A DNA stretch of 64,000 nucleotides from Antedon mediterranea (taxonomy: Eukaryota > Animalia > Echinodermata): assembly GCF_964355755.1 (NCBI RefSeq), contig NC_092671.1, forward strand, positions 14,136,001 through 14,200,000, read 5' to 3'. Each line of letters begins with the position of its first letter. The stretch's first letter is position 1. Made by a program: the position numbers and the translations under genes. Shown piece after piece: positions 41,321 to 53,736 of the stretch. A model generated the notes under the pieces. The model was not told where the DNA came from. It was given only the letters and a program-made list of their open reading frames with translations, and made no database searches.

Positions 41321-44300
41321 CTTATTATATTAATTTGGGCTAATTGATGATAATAAAAACAGCACATTATTCCACATAAATCGCAGGGGATATAGCTCAG
41401 TGGTAGAGCATTCGACTGCAGATCGAGAGGTCCCTGGTTCAAATCCGGGTGTCCCCTCCGATCCTATATTATATTAATTTAGGCTAAATGTTGATAATAA
41501 AAACAGCACATTATTCCAGATATAACACAGGGGATATAGCTCAGCGGTAGAGCATTCGACTGCAGATCGAGAGGTCCCTGGTTCAAATCCGGGTGTCTCC
41601 TTTTATTATATTAAATTAGGCTAATTGATGATAATAAAAACAGCACAATATTCCATACAAAACGCCGGGGATATAGCTCAGTGGTAGAGCATTATTTTGA
41701 CTTTAGATCGAGAGTTCCCTTGTTCAAATGCGGCTGTCCACTCTTAATATATTTATTAGGCTAATTGATGATAATAAAAACAGCACATTATTCCATATAA
41801 AACGCAGGGGACATAGCTCAGTGGTAGAGCATTCGACTGCAGATCGAGAGGTCCCTGGTTCAAATCCGGGTATCCCCTCTTATTATATTAATTTAGGCTA
41901 ATTGATGATAATAAAAACAGCACATTATTCCATATAATACGAAGGGGACATAGCTCAGTGGTAGAGCATTCGACTGCATATCGAGAGGTCCCTGGTTCAA
42001 ATCCGGGTGTCCCCTGTTATTATATTCGTTATGGCTAATAAATGACATTAAAAACAGCACATTAGTCCATATAAAACGCAGGGATACAGCTCAGAGAGGT
42101 ACCTGGTTCAAATCCGAGTGTCCCTCCTATAATATTAGTTTAGGCTAATTGATGATAATAAAAACAGCACATTATTCCATATAAAACGCAGGGGATATAG
42201 CTCAGTGGTAGAGCATTCGACTGCAGATCGAGAGGTCCCTTGCTCAAATCTGGGTGTCCCTTTCTATTATATTATTTTAAGCTAATTGATGATACTAAAA
42301 CAGCACATTATTCCATATAAATCACAGGGGACATAGCTTAGTGGTAGAGCATTCCACTGCAGATCGAGAGATCCCTGGTTCTAATCCGGGTGTGCCCTCT
42401 TATTATATTAGTTTTAGCTAATTGATGATAATAAAAATAGCACATTATTCCATATAAAACGCAGGGGATATAGCTCAGTGGTAGAGCATTCGACTGCAGA
42501 TCGAGAGGTCCCTGGTTCAAATCCGGGTGTCCCCTTATATTATTTTAGGCTAATTGATGATACTAAAAACAGCACATTATTCCATATAAATCACAGGGGA
42601 CATAGCTCAGTGGTAGCGCATTCGACTGCAGATCGAGAGGTCCCTGGTTCAAATCCGGGTATCCCCTCTTATTATATTAATTTAGGCTAATTGATGACAA
42701 TAAAAACAGCACATTATTCAATATAAACCGCAGGGGATATAGCTCAGTGGAAGAGCAATCGACTGCAGATCAAGACGTCCCTGGTTCAAATCCGGGTGTC
42801 CTCTCTTATTATATTAATTTGGGCTAATTGATGATAATAAAAACAGCACATTATTCCATATAAATCGCAGGGGATATAGCTCAGTGGAAGAACAATCGAC
42901 TGCAGATCAAGACGTCCCTGGTTCAAATCCGGGTGTCCCCTCCGATCCTATATTATATTAATTTAGGCTAAATGTTGATAATAAAAACAGCACATTATTC
43001 CAGATATAACACAGGGGATATAGCTCAGCGGTAGAGCATTCGACTGCAGATCGAGAGGTCCCTGGTTCAAAGCCGGGTGTCTCCTTTTATTATATTAAAT
43101 TAGGCTAATTGATGATAATAAAAACAGCACAATATTCCATACAAAACGCAGGGGATATAGCTTAGTGGTAGAGCATTATTTTGACTTTAGATCGAGAGTT
43201 CCCTTGTTCAAATGCGGCTGTTCAAATGCGGCTGTCCACTCTTAATATATTTATTAGGCTAATTGATGATAATAAAAACAGCACATTATTCATATAAAAC
43301 GCAGGGGACATAGCTCAGTGGTAGAGCATTCGACTGCAGATCGAGAGGTCCCTGGTTCAAATCCGGGTGTCCCCTCCTATTATATTAATTTAGGCTAAAT
43401 GTTGATAATAAAAACAGAACATTATTCCATATATAACACAGGGGATATAGCTCAGCGGTAGAGCATTCGACTGCAGATCGAGAGGTCCCTGGTTCAAATC
43501 AGGGTGTCCCCTCCTATTATATTAATTTAGGCTAAATGTTGATAATAAAAACAGCACATTATTCCATATATAACACAGGGGATATAGCTCAGCGGTAGAG
43601 CATTCGACTGCAGATCGAGAGGTCCCTGGTTCAAATCCGGGTGTCCCCTGTTATTATAATAGTTATGGCTAATTGATGATAATAAAAACAGCACATTATT
43701 CCATATAAATCACAGGGGACATAGCTCAGTGGTAGCGCATTCGACTGCAGATCGAGAGGTCCCTGGTTCAAATCCGGGTATCCCCTCTTATTATATTAAT
43801 TTAGGCTAATTGATGACAATAAAAACAGCACATTATTCAATATAAACCGCAGGGGATATAGCTCAGTGGAAGAGCAATCGACTGCAGATCAAGACGTCCC
43901 TGGTTCAAATCCGGGTGTCCTCTCTTATTATATTAATTTGGGCTAATTGATGATAATAAAAACAGCACATTATTCCATATAAATCGCAGGGGATATAGCT
44001 CAGTGGAAGAACAATCGACTGCAGATCAAGACGTCCCTGGTTCAAATCCGGGTGTCCTCTCTTATTATATTAATTTGGGCTAATTGATGATAATAAAAAC
44101 AGCACATTATTCCATATAAATCGCAGGGGATATAGCTCAGTGGAAGAGCATTCGACTGCAGATCAAGACGTCCCTGGTTCAAATCCGGGTGTCCTCTCTT
44201 ATTATATTAATTTGGGCTAATTGATGATAATAAAAACAGCACATTATTCCATATAAATCGCAGGGGATATAGCTCAGTGGTAGAGCATTCGACTGCAGAT

Positions 44301-47300
44301 CGAGAGGTCCCTGGTTCAAATCCGGGTGTCCCCTCCGATCCTATATTATATTAATTTAGGCTAAATGTTGATAATAAAAACAGCACATTATTCCAGATAT
44401 AGCTCAGCGGTAGAGCATTCGACTGCAGATCGAGAGGTCCCTGGTTCAAATCCGGGTGTCCCCTTTTATTATATTAAATTAGGCTAATTGATGATAATAA
44501 AAACAGCACAATATTCCATACAAAACGCCGGGGATATAGCTCAGTGGTAGAGCATTATTTTGACTTTAGATCGAGAGTTCCCTTGTTCAAATGCGGCTGT
44601 CCACTCTTAATATATTTATTAGGCTAATTGATGATAATAAAAACAGCACATTATTCCATATAAAACGCAGGGGAAATAGCTCAGTGGTAGAGCATTCGAC
44701 TGCAGATCGAGAGGTCCCTGGTTCAAATCCGGGTATCCCCTCATATTATATTAATTTAGGCTAATTGATGATAATAAAAACAGCACATTATTCCATATAA
44801 TACGTAGGGGACATAGCTCAGTGGTAGAGCATTCGACTGCAGATCGAGAGGTCCCTGGTTCAAATCCGGGTGTCCCCTGTTATTATATTCGTTATGGCTA
44901 ATAAATGACATTAAAAACAGCACATTAGTCCATATAAAACGCAGGGATACAGCTCAGAGAGGTACCTGGTTCAAATCCGAGTGTCCCTCCTATAATATTA
45001 GTTTAGGCTAATTGATGATAATAAAAACAGCACATTATTCCATATAAAACGCAGGGGATATAGCTCAGTGGTAGAGCATTCGACTGCAGATCGAGAGGTC
45101 CCTTGCTCAAATCCGGGTGTCCCTTTCTATTATATTATTTTAAGCTAATTGATGATACTAAAACAGCACATTATTCCATATAAATCACAGGGGACATAGC
45201 TTAGTGGTAGAGCATTCGACTGCAGATCGAGAGGTCCCTGGTTCAAATCCGGGTGTCCCCTTATATTATTTTAGGCTAATTGATGATACTAAAAACAGCA
45301 CATTATTCCATATAAATAACAGGGGACATAGCTCAGTGGTAGCGCATTCGACTGCAGATCGAGAGGTCCCTGGTTCAAATCCGGGTATCCCCTCTTATTA
45401 TATTAATTTAGGCTAATTGATGACAATAAAAACAGCACATTATTCAATATAAACCGCAGGGGATATAGCTCAGTGGAAGAGCAATCGACTGCAGATCAAG
45501 ACGTCCCTGGTTCAAATCCGGGTGTCCTCTCTTATTATATTAATTTGGGCTAATTGATGATAATAAAAACAGCACATTATTCCATATAAATCGCAGGGGA
45601 TATAGCTCAGTGGAAGAACAATCGACTGCAGATCAAGACGTCCCTGGTTCAAATCCGGGTGTCCCCTCCGATCTTATATTATATTAATTTAGGCTAAATG
45701 TTGATAATAAAAACAGCACATTATTCCAGATATAACACAGGGGATATAGCTCAGCGGTAGAGCATTCGACTGCAGATCGAGAGGTCCCTGGTTCAAAGCC
45801 GGGTGTCTCCTTTTATTATATTAAATTAGGCTAATTGATGATAATAAAAACAGCACAATATTCCATACAAAACGCAGGGGATATAGCTCAGTGGTAGAGC
45901 ATTATTTTGACTTTAGATCGAGAGTTCCCTTGTTCAAATGCGGCTGTCCACTCTTAATATATTTATTAGGCTAATTGATGATAATAAAAACAGCACATTA
46001 TTCCATATAAAACGCAGGGGACATAGCTCAGTGGTAGAGCATTCGACTGCAGATCGAGAGGTCCCTGGTTCAAATCCGGGTATCCCCTCATATTATATTA
46101 ATTTAGGCTAATTGATGATAATAAAAACAGCACATTATTCCATATAATACGTAGGGGACATAGCTCAGTGGTAGAGCATTCGACTGCAGATCGAGAGGTC
46201 CCTGGTTCAAATCCGGGTGTCCCCTGTTATTATATTCGTTATGGCTAATAACTGACATTAAAAACAGCACATTAGTCCATATAAAACGCAGGGATACAGC
46301 TCAGAGAGGTACCTGGTTCAAATCCGAGTGTCCCTCCTATAACATTAGTTTAGGCTAATTGATGATAATATAAACAGCACATTATTCCATATTAAACGCA
46401 GGGGATATAGCTCAGTGGTAGAGCATTCGACTGCAGATCGAGAGGTCCCTTGCTCAAATCCGGGTGTCCCTTTCTATTATATTATTTTAAGCTAATTGAT
46501 GATACTAAAACAGCACATTATTCCATATAAATCACAGGGGACATAGCTTAGTGGTAGAGCATTCCACTGCAGATCGAGAGATCCCTGGTTCAAATCCGGG
46601 TGTGCCCTCTTATTATATTAGTTTTAGCTAATTGATGATAATAAAAATAGCACATTCTTCCATATAAAACGCATGGGATATAGCTCAGTGGTAGAGCATT
46701 CGACTGCAGATCGAGAGGTCCCTGGTTCAAATCCGGGTGTGCCCTTCTATTATATTATTTTAGGCTAATTAATGATACTAAAACAGCACATTAATCCATA
46801 TAAATCACAGGGGACATAGCTCAGTGGTAGAGCATTCGACTGCAGATCGAGAGGTCACTGGTTCAAATCCGGGTATCCCCTCTTATTATATTAATTTAGG
46901 CTAATTGATGATAATAAAAAACAGCATATTATTCCATATAAAACGAATGGGATATAGCTAAGTGGTAGAGCATTTGACTTGAGATCAAGACGTCCCTGGT
47001 TCAAATCTGGGTGTCCCCTTTCATTATATTAGTTTAGGCTAATTGATTATAATAAAAACAGCACATTATTCAATATAAACCGCAGGGGATATAGCTCAGT
47101 GGTAGAGCATTCGGCTGCAGATCGATAGTTCCCTGGTTCAAATCCGGGTGTCCACTGTTATTATATTGGTTTAGTCTAATTTATGATACCGGTACTAAAA
47201 ACAGCACATTATTCCATATAAAACGCAGGGGATATAGCTCAGTGCAAGAGAAATCGACTGCAGATCAAGACGTCCCTGGTTCAAATCCGGGTGACCCCTC

Positions 47301-50300
47301 TTATTATATTAATTTGGGCTAATTGATGATAATAAAAACAGCACATTATTCCATATAAATCGCAGGGGATATAGCTCAGTGGTAGAGCATTCGACTGCAG
47401 ATCGAGAGGTCCCTGGTTCAAATCCGGGTTTCCCTCCTATTATATTAATTTAGGCTAAATGTTTATAATAAAAACAGCACATTATTCCATATATAACACA
47501 GGGGATATAGTTCAGCGGTAGAGCATTCGACTGCAGATCGAGAGTTCCCTGGTTCAAATCCGGGTGTCCCCTCCTATATTATATTAATTTAGGCTAAATG
47601 TTAATAATAAAAACAGCACATTATTCCAGATATAACACAGGGGATATAGCTCAGCGGTAGAGCATTCGACTGCAGATCGAGAGGTCCCTGGTTCAAATCT
47701 GGGTGTCCCCTCCTATTATATTAATTTAGGCTAAATGTTGATAATAAAAACAGCACATTATTCCATATATAACACAGGGGATATAGCTCAGCGGTAGAGC
47801 ATTCGACTGCAGATCGAGAGGTCCCTGGTTCAAATCCGGGTGTCCCTTCCTATTATATTAATTTAGGCTAAATGTTGATAATAAAAACAGCACATTATTC
47901 CATATATAACACGGGGGATATAGCTCAGCGGTAGAGCATTCGACTGCAGATCAAGAGGTCCCTGGTTCAAATCCGGGTGTCCCCTGTTATTATAATAGTT
48001 ATGGCTAATTGATGATAATAAAAACAGCACATTATTCCATATAAATCGCAGGGGATATAGCTCAGTGGAAGAACAATCGACTGCAGATCAAGACGTCCCT
48101 GGTTCAAATCCGGGTGTTCTCTCTTATTATATTAATTTGGGCTAATTGATGATAATAAAAACAGCACATTATTCCATTTAAGTCGCAGGGGATATAGCTC
48201 AGTGGAAGTGCAATCGACTGCAGATCAAGACGTCCGTGGTTCAAATCCGGGTGTCCTCTCTTATTATATTAAATTGGGCTAATTGATGATAATAAAAACA
48301 GCACATTATTCCATATAAATCGCAGGGGATATAGCTCAGTGGTAGAGCATTCGACTGCAGATCGAGAGGTCCCTGGTTCAAATCCGGGTGTCCCCTCTTA
48401 TTATATTAATTTGGGCTAATTGATGATAATAAAAACAGCACATTATTCCATATAAATCGCAGGGGATATAGCTCAGTGGTAGAGCATTCGACTGCAGATC
48501 GAGTGGTCCCTGGTTCAAATCCGGGTGTCCCCTCCTATATTATATTAATTTAGGCTAAATGTTGATAATAAAAACAGCACATTATTCCAGATATAACACA
48601 GGGGATATAGCTCAGCGGTAGAGCATTCGACTGCAGATCGAGAGGTCCCTGGTTCAAATCCGGGTGTCCCCTTTTATTATATTAAATTAGGCTAATTGAT
48701 GATAATAAAAACAGCACAATATTCCATACAAAACGCAGGGGATATAGCTCAGTGGTAGAGCATTATTTTGACTTTAGATCGAGAGTTCCCTTGTTCAAAT
48801 GCGGCTGTCCACTCTTAATATATTTATTAGGCTAATTGATGATAATAAAAACAGCACATTATTCCCTATAAAACGCAGGGGACATAGCTCAGTGGTAGAG
48901 CATTCCACTGCAGATCGAGAGGTCCCTGGTTCAAATCCGGGTATCGCCTCTTATTATATTAATTTAGGCTAATTGATGATAATAAAAACAGCACATTATT
49001 CCATATAATACACAGGGGATATAGCTCAGTGGTAGAGCATTCGACTGCAGATCGAGAGGTCCCTGGTTCAAATCTGGGTGTCCCCTTTCATTATATTAGT
49101 TTAGGCTAATTGATTATAATAAAAACAGCACATTATTCAATATAAACCGCAGAGGATATAGCTAAGTGGTAGAGCATTCGGCTGCAGATCGATAGTTCCC
49201 TTGTTCAAATCCGGGTGTCCCCTGTTATTATATTAGTTTAGTCTAATTTATGATACCGGTACTAAAAACAGCACATTATTCCATATAAAACGCAGGGGAT
49301 ATAGCTCAGTGCAAGAGAAATCGACTGCAGATCAAGACGTCCCTGGTTCAAATCCGGGTGACCCTCTTATTATATTAATTTGGGCTAATTGATGATAATA
49401 AAAACAGCACATTATTCCATATAAATCGCAGGGGATATAGCTCAGTGGTAGAGCATTCGACTGCAGATCGAGAGGTCCTTGGTTCAAATCCGGGTGTCCC
49501 CTCCTATTATATTATTTTAGGCTAAATGTTGATAATAAAAACAGCACATTATTCCAGATATAACACAGGGGATATAGCTCAGCGGTAGAGCATTCGACTG
49601 CAGATCGAGAGGTCCCTGGTTCAAATCCGGGTGTCCCCTGTTATTATATTAGTTTAGGCTAATTGATGACAATAAAAACCGCTCATTATTCCATATAAAA
49701 CGCAGGGGATATAGCTCAGTGGTCGAGCATTCGACTGCAGATCGAGACGTCCCAGGTTCAAATCCGGGTGACCCCTGTTATTATATTAGTTTAGGCTAAT
49801 TGATGACAATAAAAACAGCACATTAGTCCATATAAAACGCAGGGTATACAGCTCAGTGGTAGAGGATTCGACTGCAGATCGAGAGGTACCTGGTTCAAAT
49901 CCGAGTGTCCCTCCTATAATATTAGTTTAGGCTAATTGATGTTAATAAAAACAGAACATTATTCCATATAAATCGCAGGGGATATAGCTCAGTGGTAGAG
50001 CATTCGACTGCAGATCGAGAGGTCGCTGGTTCAAATCCGGGTGTCCCCTTTTATTATATTAAATTAGGCTTATTGATGATAATAAAAACAGCACATTATT
50101 CCATACAAAACGCAGGGGATATAGCTCAGTGGTAAAGCATTCGACTGCAGATCGAGAGGTCCCTTGCTCAAATCCGGGTGTCCCTTTCTATTATATTTTT
50201 TTAAGCTAATTGATGATACTAAAACAGCACATTATTCCATATAAATCACAGGGGACATAGCTCAGTGGTAGAGCATTCGACTGCAGATCGAGAGGTCCCT

Positions 50301-53300
50301 GGTTCAAATCCGGGTGTCCCGTTATATTATTTTAGGCTAATCGATGATACTAAAAACAGCACATTATTCCATATAAATCACAGGGGACAAAGCTCCGTGG
50401 TAGCGCATTCGACTGCAGATCGAGAGGTCCCTGGTTCAAATCCGGGTATCCCCTCTTATTATATTAATTTAGGCTAATTGATGACAATACAAACAGCACA
50501 TTATTCAATATAAACCGCAGGGGATATAGCTCAGTGGAAGAGCAATCGACTGCAGATCAAGACGTCCCTGGTTCAAATCCGGGTGTCCTCTCTTATTATA
50601 TTAATTTGGGCTAATTGATGATAATAAAAACAGCACATTATTCCATATAAATCGCAGGGGATATAGCTCAGTGGAAGAACAATCGACTGCAGATCAAGAC
50701 GTCCCTGGTTCAAATCCGGGTGTCCTCTCTTATTATATTAATTTGGGCTAATTGATGATAATAAAAACAGCACATTATTCCATATAAATCGCAGGGGATA
50801 TAGCTCAGTGGTAGAGCATTCGACTGCAGATCGAGAGGTCCCTGGTTCAAATCCGGGTGTCCCCTCTTATTATATTAATTTGGGCTAATTGATGATAATA
50901 AAAACCGCACATTATTCCATATAAATCGCAGGGGATATAGCTCAGTGGTAGAGCATTCGACTGCAGATCGAGAGGTCCCTGGTTCAAATCCGGGTGTCCT
51001 CTCCTATAATATTAGTTTAGGCTAATTGATGATAATAAAAACAGCACATTATTCCATATAAATCACAGGGGACATAGCTTAGTGGTAGAGCATTCCACTG
51101 CAGATCGAGAGATCCCTGGTTCAAATCCGGGTTTGCCCTCTTATTATATTAGTTTTAGCTAATTGATGATAATAAAAACAGCACATTATTCCATATAAAA
51201 CGCAGGGGATATAGCTCAGTGGTAGAGCATTCGACTGCAGATCGAGAGGTCCCTGGTTCAAATCCGGGTGTGCCCTTCTATTATATTATTTTAGGCTAAT
51301 TAATGATACTAAAACAGCACATTATTCCATATAAATCACAGGGGACATAGCTCAGTGGTAGAGCATTCGATTGCAGATCGAGAGGTCACTGGTTCAAATC
51401 CGGGTATCCCTTCTTATTATATTAATTTAGGCTAATTGATGATAATAAAAAACAGCACATTATTCCATATAAAACGAATGGGATATAGCTAAGTGGTAGA
51501 GCATTTGACTTGAGATCAAGACGTCCCTGGTTCAAATCTGGGTGTCCCCTTTCATTATATTAGTTTAGGCTAATTTATTATAATAAAAACAGCACATTAT
51601 TCTATATAAACCGCAGGGGATATAGCTCAGTGGTAGAGCATTCGGCTGCAGATCGATAGTTCCCTGGTTCAAATCCGGGTGTCCCCTGTTATTATATTAG
51701 TTTAGTCTAATTTATGATACCGGTACTAAAAACAGCACATTATTCCATATAAAACGCAGGGGATATAGCTCAGTGCAAGAGAAATCGACTGCAGATCAAG
51801 ACGTCCCTGGTTCAAATCCGGGTAACCCCTCTTATTATATTAATTTGGGCTAATTGATGATAATAAAAACAGCACATTATTCCATATAAATCGCAGGGGA
51901 TATAGCTCAGTGGAAGAACAATCGACTGCAGATCAAGACGTCCCTGGTTCAAATCCGGGTGTCCTCTCTTATTATATTAATTTGGGCTAATTGATGATAA
52001 TAAAAACAGCACATTATTCCATATAAATCGCAGGGGATATAGCTCAGTGGAAGAGCAATCGACTGCAGATCAAGACGTCCCTGGTTCAAATCCGGGTGTC
52101 CTCTCTTATTATATTAATTTGGGCTAATTGATGATAATAAAAACAGCACATTATTCCATATAAATCGCAGGGGATATAGCTCAGTGGAAGAACAATCGAC
52201 TGCAGATCAAGACGTCCCTGGTTCAAATCCGGGTGTCCTCTCTTATTATATTAATTTGGGCTAATTGATGATAATAAAAACAGCACATTATTCCATATAA
52301 ATCGCAGGGGATATAGCTCAGTGGAAGAGCAATCGACTGCAGATCAAGACGTCCCTGGTTCAAATCCGGGTGTCCTCTCTTATTATATTAATTTGGGCTA
52401 ATTGATGATAATAAAAACAGCACATTATTCCATATAAATCGCAGGGGATATAGCTCAGTGGTAGAGCATTCGACTGCAGATCGAGAGGTCCCTGGTTCAA
52501 ATCCGGGTGTCCACTCTTATTATATTAATTTGGGCTAATTGATGATAATAAAAACCGCACATTATTCCATATAAATCGCAGGGGATATAGCTCAGTGGTA
52601 GAGCATTCGACTGCAGATCGAGAGGTTCCTGGTTCAAATCCGGGTGTCCCCTCCTATATTATATTAATTTAGGCTAAATGTTGATAATAAAAACAGCACA
52701 TTATTCCAGATATAACACAGGGGATATAGCTCAGCGGTAGAGCATTCGACTGCAGATCGAGAGGTCCCTGGTTCAAATCCGGGTGTCCCCTTTTATTATA
52801 TTAAATTAGGCTAATTGATGATAATAAAAACAGCACATTATTCCATATAATTCGCAGGGGATATAGCTCAGTGGAAGAACAATCGACTGCAGATCAAGAC
52901 GTCCCTGGTTCAAATCCGGGTGTCCTCTCTTATTATATTAATTTGGGCTAATTGATAATAAAAACAGCACATTATTCCATATAAATCGCAGGGGATATAG
53001 CTCAGTGGAAGAGCAATCGACTGCAGATCAAGACGTCCCTGGTTCAAATCCGGGTGTCCTCTCTTATTATATTAATTTGGGCTAATTGATGATAATAAAA
53101 ACAGCACATTATTCCATATAAATCGCAGGGGATATAGCTCAGTGGTAGAGCATTCGACTGCAGATCGAGAGGATCCGGGTTTCCCTCCTATTATATTAAT
53201 TTAGGCTAAATGTTTATAATAAAAACAGCACATTATTCCATATATAACACAGGGGATATAGCTCAGCGGTAGAGCATTCGACTGCAGATCGAGAGGTCCC

Positions 53301-53664
53301 TGGTTCAAATCCGGGTGTCCCCTGTTATTATATTAGTTATGGCTAATTGATGACAATAAAAACAGCACATTATTCCATATAAAACGCAGGGGACATAGCT
53401 CAGTGGTAGAGCATTCGACTGCAGATCGAGAGGTCCCTGGTTCAAATCCGGGTGTCCCCTCCTATATTATATTAATTTAGGCTAAATGTTAATAATAAAA
53501 ACAGCACATTATTCCAGATATAACACAGGGGATATAGCTCAGCGGTAGAGCATTCGACTGCAGATCGAAAGGTCCCTGGTTCAAATCCGGGTGTCCCCTG
53601 TTATTATATTAGTTATGGCTAATTGATGGCAATAAAAACAGCACATTATTCCATATAAAACGCA

Positions 53665-53736
53665 GGGGACATAGCTCAGTGGTAGAGCATTTGACTTCAG
53701 ATCAAGATGTTCCTGGTTCAAATCTGGGTGTCCCCT
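53665..53736 (+). tRNA. tRNA-Cys-derived gene with TCA anticodon (candidate UGA suppressor or pseudogene)
   Basis: Acceptor GGGGACA/TGTCCCC, D-arm intact, anticodon arm TTTGA-CT TCA GA-TCAAG, T-stem CCTGG/CTGGG with two G-U pairs. Confidence 0.6.
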
